DNA from: Candidatus Latescibacterota bacterium | Lineage (GTDB): Bacteria > Latescibacterota > UBA2968 | Length of the DNA stretch: 64,000 bases | Reading direction: 5' to 3' | NCBI GenBank assembly: GCA_965116885.1 | Contig: OZ220741.1 | Coordinates: 1,216,001 to 1,280,000 of the forward strand | Shown here: positions 38,384 to 48,409 of the stretch, piece after piece | Position numbering within the stretch: position 1 is the first letter of the stretch | Layout: each line of letters begins with the position of its first letter | Notes under the pieces: model-generated | Told to the model about the DNA's origin: nothing | The model's database searches: none | Seen by the model: only the letters and a program-made list of their open reading frames with translations | Program-made: the position numbers and the translations under genes

Positions 38384-39874
38384 ATGTCCAATCCCAACAT
38401 CATCTACATCTACGGCGACGACCTCGGCCGCGGCATGCTCTCCTGCTACGGCCAGAAACACTTTCAAACCCCCAATATCGACCGCCTCGCCCGCGAAGGC
38501 CTGCAATTCACCCGCGCCTATGGCTGCATCTTTTGCGCCCCGGCGCGCGCCAGCCTCATGACCGGCTATCACGACGCACACGCGGGCCGATGGACCTTCA
38601 CCAGGGGCGGCCTCTACCGCCCCATGGCCGAAGGCGCGATGACCTTTGAACACATTGCCGAACTCATCAACAACACCGGCCTTCAAGAACGCCCCGACGA
38701 AGTCTTCCTCGCACAAATCGCACAACGCGCAGGCTATGTCACGGGACAAATCGGCAAACTCGAATGGGGCTTTGCCACAACGCCAGAACGCATTCGTCGG
38801 CACGGCTGGGATTACCACTACGGCTACTACGATCATCAACTCTGCCACGGCTTCTATCCGCCATCCCTCTTTGAAAATGGCGACATCGTCGAAATACCCG
38901 GCAACACCCATCCCGACTGCGGCAACCACCCCGGTTCAGAATCTCCGGAAAACGCGGCCATCCGCCACGACATGACCGGGAAAGTCACCTACTCCCAGGA
39001 CCTTTTCAACGACAAAATCGTCGATTTCCTCCGCAAACATCGCCACCAACCCTTCTTCCTCTTCCACCCCTCGCAACTGCCCCACGGACCCATCTCCGTC
39101 CCCGAAATTCATCCGGGCGTAAAAGACGCGCCAGAACTCACCGACTTTGAAAAAGAATACGCATCCATGATCCTCCGCCTCGACGACACCGTTGGCATCA
39201 TCCTCGATGAACTCGACGCGCTCGGCATTGCCGACAACACCATCGTCTTCTTTAGCTCTGACAACGGCCACGAAATCTACGCCGCACAACAAGGCCGCAC
39301 CGTCAAAAGACAAAGCCTCGACGGCATCCGCTATGACGACATCACCACCCGACACACAACCGAACAAAGCGGCGACATCTTCAACGGCAACGACGGCATG
39401 GCCGGCCTCAAATGGACGAGCTGGGAAGGCGGCACTCGCCTTCCCTACATCGCGCGCTGGCCCGGTCGCATCTCCCCCGACACAACCGATCACATGATCG
39501 CCAATTACGATTTTATGCCCACACTATCCGATCTCACAGGGCAGGAAACACCCGACTGGAAAGACGGCGAATCCTTCTTACCCACCCTCCTGGGCAATGA
39601 GCAACGCCCCCACGCACCCGTCGTCTTTTCATCGCGCCTGGGTCCCGCCCTCACCACAGCCGACGGCTGGAAATTGCGCCACATCAACAAAACCAACAAC
39701 TTCCAACTCTACAACATCCTGGACGACTACCGGGAAGAAAACGACCTCGCTGCCGAATATCCCGACAAAGTCGATCAACTCGCACGCCAACTCCTCAGAG
39801 CCTGCGACGGCAACTTTGCCCACGGCAACCCCGATATGCATCTGGCTCACGTCTATTTGGAGGAAAACCCATGA
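38384..39874 (+). CDS. Cys-type sulfatase
   Basis: PNII..GDDLG, CAPARASLMTG, SSDNG, WEGGTRLP. Confidence 0.92.
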   Translation: MSNPNIIYIYGDDLGRGMLSCYGQKHFQTPNIDRLAREGLQFTRAYGCIFCAPARASLMTGYHDAHAGRWTFTRGGLYRPMAEGAMTFEHIAELINNTGLQERPDEVFLAQIAQRAGYVTGQIGKLEWGFATTPERIRRHGWDYHYGYYDHQLCHGFYPPSLFENGDIVEIPGNTHPDCGNHPGSESPENAAIRHDMTGKVTYSQDLFNDKIVDFLRKHRHQPFFLFHPSQLPHGPISVPEIHPGVKDAPELTDFEKEYASMILRLDDTVGIILDELDALGIADNTIVFFSSDNGHEIYAAQQGRTVKRQSLDGIRYDDITTRHTTEQSGDIFNGNDGMAGLKWTSWEGGTRLPYIARWPGRISPDTTDHMIANYDFMPTLSDLTGQETPDWKDGESFLPTLLGNEQRPHAPVVFSSRLGPALTTADGWKLRHINKTNNFQLYNILDDYREENDLAAEYPDKVDQLARQLLRACDGNFAHGNPDMHLAHVYLEENP

Positions 39875-40653
39875 ACCATCTCACGCCCGACGACATCGCC
39901 CAATTCGACGAAGAGGGATACCTCGTATTTGAAGGCCTCTTCGACCACGACCTCAACGAGCGCATCAAAGCCGACGTCGATCAACTCATGATCGACCGCG
40001 AAACGGACAAACGCCGCATGCTCATGGCGTATCCAGAACTCGGCCTGCTCACATCTGAACCCGGTGTTGTAGATCGCGTAGCCGATCTAATGAATGGCAA
40101 AAAATTTGTCCATCACCACATCCACGCCCGGTGGCAACTACCCGGAGAACGCGGAGTGCCGTGGCATCAGGATTATGCACAGATCCCGCAAACAAATCGC
40201 TCGCATCTGATGGTCCATGTATTCATGTACATGGACGGCCTGAACGGCGAAGTGGGCGACCTCCTCGTCATGCCCGGCACCCACAAAAAAGTCATGGCCA
40301 ACGATGCCTTTCGCCAATTTCAATTCGAAGACCTGCCCGGCTCGCGCACCATCGACAGTCTGGCCCCCGGGTCCATCATCATCGTCCACTCCGCCCTGCA
40401 ACACGCCCGCCGCCCCAAACCCGGCGGCGGCATTTACAAACGCTACTTCATCGACACCTCCTACTGCGAGGACGGCATCCTCTGGCCCTCCTATCCCAAC
40501 ATCGCCGAAATCAACCGCGTCGCCCTCGAAACCGGCTGTGATCGAAACGGCAAATACGCATTTCTCTACGACACCACCCAGTTCTTTGAGCGCAGGGATT
40601 ACATGGACACGCTCAACGAGAAAAATCAGGGTAGTATCGCGTTGCAATTGTAG
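39871..40653 (+). CDS. Phytanoyl-CoA dioxygenase (PhyH) family Fe/2OG oxygenase
   Basis: FDEEGYL, WHQD, PGTH, PGS....H..L.H. Confidence 0.88.
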   Translation: MNHLTPDDIAQFDEEGYLVFEGLFDHDLNERIKADVDQLMIDRETDKRRMLMAYPELGLLTSEPGVVDRVADLMNGKKFVHHHIHARWQLPGERGVPWHQDYAQIPQTNRSHLMVHVFMYMDGLNGEVGDLLVMPGTHKKVMANDAFRQFQFEDLPGSRTIDSLAPGSIIIVHSALQHARRPKPGGGIYKRYFIDTSYCEDGILWPSYPNIAEINRVALETGCDRNGKYAFLYDTTQFFERRDYMDTLNEKNQGSIALQL

Positions 40654-40753
40654 CGTGCATTCATAGCAGGATACAAAATGTGCTTGATTAGATAGAGATA
40701 TTATTAAATATTTATATATCCAAGCCATCCATAACACCAGAAAGGAACCCAAC

Positions 40754-42163
40754 ATGGCAGACAAACCCGTCTTATTGACCGACGAGCAAATGCAGCAATT
40801 CATCCGCGATGGATATTTGATCCTCCACCCCGACTTCCCGGAGGGATTTCACGAAAAAGTCTATAAACGCATCGATGAATCCTTTGAAAAAAACAGCGGC
40901 AGAAATCCGGGTAACAACCTCCTCCCCGCCGTACCAGAACTGCAAGACGTATGGGATCACCCCATTGTACACGGCGCGTTTTCCAGCATCCTCGGACCCG
41001 ATTATTATTTGCACCTGCACCGCCACGTTCACGAAAGCCGCCCGGGCAGCGATGCGCGCACCATGCACAAAGACAGCTTGCACAACAGCCGATTTTGCGC
41101 CGACCAAAACCGCCGTCATCACCACTGCCGCTGGATGATGGCCATGTACTATCCCCAGGACACACCCCGCGAAATGGGACCGACCAGCGTAACCCCCAGA
41201 TCGCAATACATCACCGCCCGCGACCAGGAAGGAGAACACCTCTTCACAGCGGGACCGGCTGGCACCGTCGCACTCATCCACTACGACATCCTGCACAAAA
41301 AAGAAGCCAACTACACAGAGATCACGCGCCACATGGTCAAATTCCTGTTCACGCGCATGACCGAGCCTACCGAACCGACATGGGATCACAGCGACGAAAC
41401 ATGGGTCGCATCCGACGACCCACAAGAACCTACCTGGCAGGCCATGTGGGACTGGCACCTGGGCAAAGCACCCGAACATGCGAGCAATGGAGCATCCATC
41501 GAAACCCTGAGCGAGCAACTCGCCAATTCCGACGAAGCCGCCGCCCTCCATGCGTCCTACACCCTCGGATTACAGGGCGAAAAAGCGATTCCCGCCATGA
41601 TCGACGCACTCAAAGACACGGAAAATGAGAACCCGCCGCGAAACGCCGGATACGGGTTCACAAACGTCGGCGAAGTCGCCGTACCCGCACTGCTCGAACT
41701 CACCAAAAATCCGGACCCAAAAATCCGCATGCGCGCAGTCGATGTACTCGGCGACCTGGGCTTGCGAGCAAAATCAGCCACGCCCGACCTCATCGCCCTG
41801 TTGCAGGACACCGACGAAGACACACGCGCACACGCTGCAGAATCCCTGGGCACCATTAGTCAGAACACCACGGAAGCCGTGCGCCCGCTCGCCGACATCC
41901 TATCTACAGATGAAAGCGACTTTGTGCGACGCAATGCCGCCCTCTCCCTCGCGCGATTGGGCATCCATGCCGAAGAAGCCATTCCCGAATTGGCAGGCGC
42001 CATGCGCGATGGCAACCACTACGTTCGCGGATTTGCGGTACACGGCCTCTATCGCATCGGCACGCCCGAAGCGCTCAGAGCCGCCATGCATCGCCTCCAG
42101 GCACTGCGCTGGGACAGCGAACCCAGAGGTCAGACACAAAGAAGACCCAAAAAGGTAGCTTAA
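40754..42163 (+). CDS. PhyH-family dioxygenase fused to HEAT repeats
   Basis: FIRDGY, MHKD, GPT..P, HYDILH; C-terminal repeats such as IRMRAVDVLGDLG and VRRNAALSLARLG. Confidence 0.82.
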   Translation: MADKPVLLTDEQMQQFIRDGYLILHPDFPEGFHEKVYKRIDESFEKNSGRNPGNNLLPAVPELQDVWDHPIVHGAFSSILGPDYYLHLHRHVHESRPGSDARTMHKDSLHNSRFCADQNRRHHHCRWMMAMYYPQDTPREMGPTSVTPRSQYITARDQEGEHLFTAGPAGTVALIHYDILHKKEANYTEITRHMVKFLFTRMTEPTEPTWDHSDETWVASDDPQEPTWQAMWDWHLGKAPEHASNGASIETLSEQLANSDEAAALHASYTLGLQGEKAIPAMIDALKDTENENPPRNAGYGFTNVGEVAVPALLELTKNPDPKIRMRAVDVLGDLGLRAKSATPDLIALLQDTDEDTRAHAAESLGTISQNTTEAVRPLADILSTDESDFVRRNAALSLARLGIHAEEAIPELAGAMRDGNHYVRGFAVHGLYRIGTPEALRAAMHRLQALRWDSEPRGQTQRRPKKVA

Positions 42164-42166
42164 GAG

Positions 42167-44401
42167 ATGGCCTATAACCCCGTGACCAAACACATCTCAA
42201 CGCCTTTTGCGGAAAACGTATCGCCAGATAACGCCCTGCCAGAACACCCGCGCCCTCAAATGGTGCGCCAGCACTGGCAAAACCTCAACGGCCTGTGGGA
42301 CTACGCTCTCGAACCCATCGGCAACACCAGCGCACCTGATACCTATCAGGGTCAAATCCTCGTACCCTTTGCCATTGACGCCCCCCTCTCTGGCATCATG
42401 GAAATTCTCCGCCCGAACCAGCGACTCTGGTATCGCCGGAATATTACCCTTCCCGACGCCTGGGCGGACAAACGCGTACTCCTCCATTTTCAGGCATCTG
42501 ACTGGGAAACCAGCGTCTATATCAACGGCGAGCAAGCGGGACAACACCGCGGCGGATACGACCCCTTCACCTTTGACATCACCGACCATTTAACAGACGG
42601 CGCGAACGAACTCACCGTCTCCTGCTGGGACGCCACCGAGCAAAAGCCCCAGGCCCTTGGCAAACAAATCATGCCGGAAAACCGCCAGGGATTTCGGTAT
42701 CAACCCACTGGCGGCATCTGGCAAACCGTCTGGCTCGAAGCCGTAGCAGAGCAATCCATCCGCACCCTTCGTCTCACACCCGATATAGACGCTGCAAAGA
42801 TAGATATTACTGTCTCAGGCGAAAACTTGAATGGCTGCCAAATTCAAACAATCGCCTATGACGGCAACCGGCAAATCTCCGAAGCAACTGGACAAGCCGA
42901 CCACACCATCTCTCTGCCCATTCCAAACGCAAAACTCTGGCATCCAGACCACCCCTTCCTCTACGACCTCAAAGTCAAAGTACAACACAACGGCGAAACC
43001 ATCGACACCATCGACAGCTACTTTGGCATGCGAAAAATAGCCATCGGCGAAGACGAAAACGGCATCAAACGCTTCCGCCTCAACGACAAACCCATCTTTC
43101 AACTCGGTCCCCTGGACCAGGGCTATTGGCCCGACGGCATCCTCACCCCACCATCTGACGAAGCCATCCTCTTCGACCTCCAGTACCTCAAACAAATCGC
43201 ATGCAACATGGTGCGCGTACACGTCAAAACCCATCCCGATCGCTGGTACTATCACTGCGACCGGCTCGGCCTATTGGTCTGGCAAGACATGGTCTGCATG
43301 CCCAAATTCGGACAAAGCGTCACCCCCGAAGCCGCACAACAATGGCAGACCGAATTTGACAACATCATGGACTGGCTGCACAATCACCCCAGTGTTGTCC
43401 AGTGGATCATCTTCAACGAAGGCTGGGGGCAGAACGACACCGAACGTCTCACAGACCACGTCGCACAACGCGACCCCTCTCGCCTCGTCACCAGTGCCAG
43501 CGGCTGGGCCGACATGGGCACGGGCGACATCTGCGACATACACGACTACACCTTCTACCCGGCCACAGCGCAACAACAAAGCGCCAATGACCGCATCGTC
43601 CTCCTCGGCGAAGCGGGCGGATTCAACCTCTGTATCCCCGGTCACACCTGGTACGACCACGAAGAACCATCCGAACACATCGACCACATCAACGACATCA
43701 CCCGCCCCACATATCCAACGCCGCAGGCCCTGGAAGACGACTATCGCTTCTGGGTCGAAAACCTCCGCGCAATGGTCGGCCTCACGCCCCTCAACGGCAT
43801 CGTATATACCCAGATCACCGACGTCGAACACGAACTCAACGGCTGGCTCACCTACGACCGCAAAATCTCTAAAATCTACCCCGACGAACTCGGCAAAATC
43901 CACGCCACACTCTGGGATCCCCCGCAATTTGAAACCATCATCGGTCCCCACACCGAATGGCGATACAGCACGGGCGACGTATCCCCTCTCCCCGCCATAC
44001 ACACCTCGCCCCGCGCCAACCTGCCAAACTGCGGCGGTGACTGGTGTCAAACCCACTTCGACGATTCATCCTGGAACGCGGGCAAAGGCCCATTTGGCAC
44101 AGCAGAAGGAACCTCATCGGACGCTCCCATCTATCTCCGTACCGCCATTGACCTGAACCAACGCCCCGATAAACCCCTATTCTACGTCACCTCATCTGCC
44201 GACTGCCAGATCTTCATCAACGGCCAACTCATCCGCAGCCTCCGCGTCAGACAACACTCCGCACCCATCTCGGAAACCTGCGCCCTGCTCCATCCCGATG
44301 AATACGACCTCCTGACCCCTGGCAAAAACATCATCTGCGCCATCCTCTTACCTTCTCAACGACCGCCTTATCTAAGCGTTCAACTCCTGGACATGAAATG
44401 A
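42167..44401 (+). CDS. Glycoside hydrolase family 2 protein
   Basis: HPRPQ, NLNGLW, GIWQTVWLE, GPLDQGYWPDG, FNEGWGQ, YTQITDVE. Confidence 0.9.
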   Translation: MAYNPVTKHISTPFAENVSPDNALPEHPRPQMVRQHWQNLNGLWDYALEPIGNTSAPDTYQGQILVPFAIDAPLSGIMEILRPNQRLWYRRNITLPDAWADKRVLLHFQASDWETSVYINGEQAGQHRGGYDPFTFDITDHLTDGANELTVSCWDATEQKPQALGKQIMPENRQGFRYQPTGGIWQTVWLEAVAEQSIRTLRLTPDIDAAKIDITVSGENLNGCQIQTIAYDGNRQISEATGQADHTISLPIPNAKLWHPDHPFLYDLKVKVQHNGETIDTIDSYFGMRKIAIGEDENGIKRFRLNDKPIFQLGPLDQGYWPDGILTPPSDEAILFDLQYLKQIACNMVRVHVKTHPDRWYYHCDRLGLLVWQDMVCMPKFGQSVTPEAAQQWQTEFDNIMDWLHNHPSVVQWIIFNEGWGQNDTERLTDHVAQRDPSRLVTSASGWADMGTGDICDIHDYTFYPATAQQQSANDRIVLLGEAGGFNLCIPGHTWYDHEEPSEHIDHINDITRPTYPTPQALEDDYRFWVENLRAMVGLTPLNGIVYTQITDVEHELNGWLTYDRKISKIYPDELGKIHATLWDPPQFETIIGPHTEWRYSTGDVSPLPAIHTSPRANLPNCGGDWCQTHFDDSSWNAGKGPFGTAEGTSSDAPIYLRTAIDLNQRPDKPLFYVTSSADCQIFINGQLIRSLRVRQHSAPISETCALLHPDEYDLLTPGKNIICAILLPSQRPPYLSVQLLDMK

Positions 44402-44403
44402 TC

Positions 44404-44433
44404 TGTCCCTTCGTGTCCTTTGTGTCCTTCGTG
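44404..44433. repeat. 9-bp imperfect tandem repeat (TTCGTGTCC-like)
   Basis: tgtcccttcgtgtcctttgtgtccttcgtgg. Confidence 0.7.
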
Positions 44434-44453
44434 GATAAGAAAAAGGAACATCT

Positions 44454-46016
44454 ATGCACCCCAACATCATCATATTCCTCGTCGATGACATGGGCACGGG
44501 CGACACCAGCGCGTACCAGGACTGGACCGGCAATCGCGACGACGAACAACTCCACACCCCCAGCCTGGAACGCCTCGCGCGCCTGGGCGTGCGTTTTACC
44601 GATGCACACACGCCATCAACTGTATGCACCCCCACGCGCTACGCCCTCCTCACCGGACGCTATTGCTGGCGCACGCAACTCAAACACAAAGTCGCCTTTG
44701 GTCCCCACTACCCGCCACTCATCGAAAAAGAACGCCCCACACTCGCCACCATCCTCAAAGAAGCCGGATATCGCACCGGCATCTCGGGAAAATGGCACGT
44801 GGGCTTGACCTACACAAAATCCGACGGCTCACCCGCTGAAGGCTGGGACGACGCAGACGTGCGCCAACCCCTGACCGACTCCCCCGAAGAACACGGCTTT
44901 GACTACCACTTCATCACCAACCGCAGCCATGGAACCTCTGGCAATGCGGGCTGGATCGAAAACCGTCGCTGCATCGGCGCAACCGGCAAAAACCCTCACG
45001 ACATCGCGGGTTACGACCTGTACAAAACCGGATCCATGAACTTCCAGCACGCCGTTGGCTTCCTCGATGATCATCTCGCAGAAGAAGACACAAAACAACA
45101 ACCCTTCTTCCTCTACTACGCCGCCAACGCCAATCACACACCCCACACACCGTGCGATTCCCTCAACGGCGTACCCATCACGGGACAGGCGCACTTCAAA
45201 AACGGCAAGCGCGAACTCTCGCGTCCACACGCAACCACCAACGACCCCAATGGCTGGGAAAGCACCGAATGGGGCAAACAGCGCGACCAGGTCGGCGGCT
45301 GCGAGCACAACACGCCCGAACGCCTCGACTTCATATACGAAAACGACGTCGCAGTCGGCCAATTGCTCAACTACCTCGAAACCCACGACGACCCGCGCAA
45401 CCCCGGCCACAAACTCATCGACAACACCCTCTTCATCTTTTCCAGCGACAACGGCGCGGAAAACGCGGGCAAAGAATCCAGCGGATACTACCGCGGTCGC
45501 AAAGCCCACATCCACGAAGGCGGCCATCGCGTGCCCACAATCGCTTTCTGGAAACAGGGCAACATCGGCGACGGCAACGACGCGACACCCGGGCGCACCA
45601 GCCACATCACGTATGGACTCAACGACCTCATATTGTCCATCGCAGACCTCGTCGGCATCGAAGCATCCCCTCGTGCGGGATTTGCCGAAGACAGCACCAG
45701 CATCGCGTCCTTTCTCACCGGCCTGAAAGACGACGAATTTGAACCCCACCCCCTCGTCCTCCACGACGACTACATCATGGGGCCCATGCTCTCGCTGCGA
45801 GATGGCGATTGGAAATTGATTGTCGGGCAAGAACTCATTACAGAAGACAAATTAAAACACCACGCCCTCTTCAACTTAAAAGACAACCCCACAGAAGACG
45901 AACGCCAGAACCTCATCGCATCGGCACAACACCGCCACCTCGTCGAATCTCTCTCCGAAAAACTACTGGACATTTACCACCAGAGGAACACCCATGCAAA
46001 CGCCCTTCCCAGCTAA
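44454..46016 (+). CDS. Cys-type sulfatase
   Basis: DDMG, CTPTRYALLTG, GKWH, SSDNG, HEGGHRVP. Confidence 0.93.
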   Translation: MHPNIIIFLVDDMGTGDTSAYQDWTGNRDDEQLHTPSLERLARLGVRFTDAHTPSTVCTPTRYALLTGRYCWRTQLKHKVAFGPHYPPLIEKERPTLATILKEAGYRTGISGKWHVGLTYTKSDGSPAEGWDDADVRQPLTDSPEEHGFDYHFITNRSHGTSGNAGWIENRRCIGATGKNPHDIAGYDLYKTGSMNFQHAVGFLDDHLAEEDTKQQPFFLYYAANANHTPHTPCDSLNGVPITGQAHFKNGKRELSRPHATTNDPNGWESTEWGKQRDQVGGCEHNTPERLDFIYENDVAVGQLLNYLETHDDPRNPGHKLIDNTLFIFSSDNGAENAGKESSGYYRGRKAHIHEGGHRVPTIAFWKQGNIGDGNDATPGRTSHITYGLNDLILSIADLVGIEASPRAGFAEDSTSIASFLTGLKDDEFEPHPLVLHDDYIMGPMLSLRDGDWKLIVGQELITEDKLKHHALFNLKDNPTEDERQNLIASAQHRHLVESLSEKLLDIYHQRNTHANALPS

Positions 46017-47193
46017 ACTACCACTTGAAAAACCGGACCGCGAACTCAGCGCCTCGATGGAGCGCATGTACGAGATATGGAACCCTCATGAAGACCGCGG
46101 CAATGAATTCTTCAGCAACTTCAAATACTCACCCCTCGAAGGATTCTCGCGAGAACCCAACGTCTCCCGCCGCGACCCATCCAAAGTCCTCCGCATCGAC
46201 GGCACTTATTACGTCTGGTACACTTGCAGGCGCACAAAAGGCCCGCCCGTCGGTCACGAAAACGCCACCGACGACATCCCCTCTGTCGATTGGGACCTCG
46301 CAGACATCTGGTATGCCACCAGCGAAGACGGCTTTCACTGGGAAGAACAGGGACCAGCCGCCACCCGCCCATCAAAAGGCGAATTTGGCTGGCGCTCAAA
46401 CTGCACCCCCGACATCCTCGTCTGGAAAGACAAATACTACCTCTATCACCAGGCATACAGCGAAGTCATTCAGGGCGGCGACTCGTGCCCCGTCACCATC
46501 GCCATTGCCGACTCTCCCCATGGACCCTGGACGCGACTGGGCAGACCGATCGTAGAACCCGGCGGACCCGACGACTGGGACTGCAACTGCGTACACGACC
46601 CCTTCCCCCTCATCTACAAAGGCAAAATCCACATGTATTACAAAGGCTCGCCCGGTCAAAAACGCGGCGGCGCAAACATCATCCGCGCCCAGGGCGTTGC
46701 CATAGCCGACCATCCGGAAGGACCATACAAAAAATCACCGCTAAACCCCGTCCTCAACTCCGGCCACGAAACCTGCCTCTGGCCCTACAAAGAAGGCATC
46801 GCCGCAATCGTCAGCCTGGACGGACCCGAAAAAAACACCGTGCAATACGCGCCCGATGGCCTCCATTTCGAAATGAAATCCCTGCTCCAGGTACCCCCCG
46901 TCGCGCCCGGACCCTTTGTGCCCGACGCATTTGCCGACAACGGCGACGGCCGCGGCATCACCTGGGGACTCTGCCACATCAACCCGGACGGCGGGGGCAG
47001 CATGAGCGAATCCGTCCTCGCCCGATTCGACTGCGACCTCAGCCGCGACACAGACCGCCCCCTCTTCAAAAACAACAACCTGCGCTTTGACGAACCCACC
47101 TACTTCCAGCGCGTCCTCAAACTGCCCGAATACCTCCAAAAGCAAATCCTCAAAGAACAGAATGATACCGATCAAAACACCATCGGAACATAA
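45994..47193 (+). CDS. GH117-like beta-propeller glycoside hydrolase
   Basis: SRRDPSKV, YYVWYT, WDLADIWYATS.DG..W.EQG, VHDP, SGHE, DGPEKNTVQ. Confidence 0.82.
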   Translation: MQTPFPAKLPLEKPDRELSASMERMYEIWNPHEDRGNEFFSNFKYSPLEGFSREPNVSRRDPSKVLRIDGTYYVWYTCRRTKGPPVGHENATDDIPSVDWDLADIWYATSEDGFHWEEQGPAATRPSKGEFGWRSNCTPDILVWKDKYYLYHQAYSEVIQGGDSCPVTIAIADSPHGPWTRLGRPIVEPGGPDDWDCNCVHDPFPLIYKGKIHMYYKGSPGQKRGGANIIRAQGVAIADHPEGPYKKSPLNPVLNSGHETCLWPYKEGIAAIVSLDGPEKNTVQYAPDGLHFEMKSLLQVPPVAPGPFVPDAFADNGDGRGITWGLCHINPDGGGSMSESVLARFDCDLSRDTDRPLFKNNNLRFDEPTYFQRVLKLPEYLQKQILKEQNDTDQNTIGT

Positions 47194-47218
47194 CAGACCC
47201 CTGGAGGTATGGTCTGCT

Positions 47219-47291
47219 GGGCGGGCACAGGGGCACCGCCCCTACATAACACAGGATTATTACACGTAGGGACAACCCCCTGTGGTTGTCC
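47219..47291. repeat. GTAG-family REP doublet
   Basis: GGGCGGGCACAGGGGCACCGCCCCTAC then GTAGGGACAACCCCCTGTGGTTGTCC. Confidence 0.82.
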
Positions 47292-47314
47292 TGCGACATT
47301 TTTTAGGAGCCATC

Positions 47315-48391
47315 ATGAAAACGATCTACCGATCAACACTCGTGCAAGGGATATGCTGTTTCCTGCTCATCGGCGGACTGCTCGCCCCACCCGCAGAGGC
47401 CGTTAAATTTCGCACCGAAGCAGGTCAACTCCAGCAATCAAAATTCGTCATCGCCATACCGGAGTCCTGGAATGGGAAACTCCTGCTGCTGGCGCACGGC
47501 CATCGCTCCGAAAATGCGCCCCTGAGCGCCGATTTTCGCACAGAGTCACCCACGTACCAGCATTTGCTTGCCGATGGCTGGATGATCGCATCTACCAGCT
47601 ACCGCCGCAACGGTGCGATCATCGTCGATGCGGTAGCGGACATCGAACTGCTACGCCAGCACATTGTCCAAACTTATGGCACGCCTGAACGTCTGCTTGT
47701 ACAGGGTAGCTCAATGGGCGGTGCGATCGTGGCCCTGATCGCCGAAACCGCTCCCGAAGGTTATGACGGCTTGCTCGCGTTGGGGGCGGCACTGCAAATG
47801 CGAGATGCAGAGCAACCCCACGAATGGAATTACACCCCACGTCTCCCGTTGCTCTTCGTCAGTAACCAGAGTGAAGTGGAGGGACCCCAGGCATACATCC
47901 AGAAAGCGGTAAAGGCACCGAGTGTGCCAGTGTTCTGGTCTGTGGCACGCGACGGACACGTCAATCTCAGAGAGATCGAACGAGAAACCGCGTTGCGTGC
48001 GCTCGACGCCTATCTGGACACCGGCACGATTGAACGAGACAAAGATGCGACCATCGCTCCGAACCATGTGTCGTCTGCGGAATTTGTGGAAGGTGGGGCT
48101 TACACAAAGATAGAGAGCATCTCCTCGACCTACGGCAACATCAACACCGAATTTATCGAGGGCGACCTGCAGCAACTTGGCATCTCTCCCAAAACCCGTT
48201 TTCAGGTCAGCTATGGGGAGCAGACATTCACAGTGTTGCTCGCCACCACCTATGGAGACGTACCGCGCGGAGAGTGGGTTGCATTCCTGACAGTGGAAGG
48301 TCGCTTGAGGATTGCTCGCAACTACGAGAACGCCTCAAAGACACTTGGGTGTAAGGAGGGCGACAAAATCTTCATCGCACCCGCCAAATAA
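47315..48391 (+). CDS. Exported alpha/beta-hydrolase-like protein with a C-terminal SAM hydrolase (DUF62-type) barrel domain
   Basis: Signal peptide, AHG, GSSMGG; C-terminal YGNINT...TYGDVPRGE...GRLRIARN..NASKTLG..GD. Confidence 0.65.
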   Translation: MKTIYRSTLVQGICCFLLIGGLLAPPAEAVKFRTEAGQLQQSKFVIAIPESWNGKLLLLAHGHRSENAPLSADFRTESPTYQHLLADGWMIASTSYRRNGAIIVDAVADIELLRQHIVQTYGTPERLLVQGSSMGGAIVALIAETAPEGYDGLLALGAALQMRDAEQPHEWNYTPRLPLLFVSNQSEVEGPQAYIQKAVKAPSVPVFWSVARDGHVNLREIERETALRALDAYLDTGTIERDKDATIAPNHVSSAEFVEGGAYTKIESISSTYGNINTEFIEGDLQQLGISPKTRFQVSYGEQTFTVLLATTYGDVPRGEWVAFLTVEGRLRIARNYENASKTLGCKEGDKIFIAPAK

Positions 48392-48409
48392 ACCTTATAG
48401 GAGACCCCA

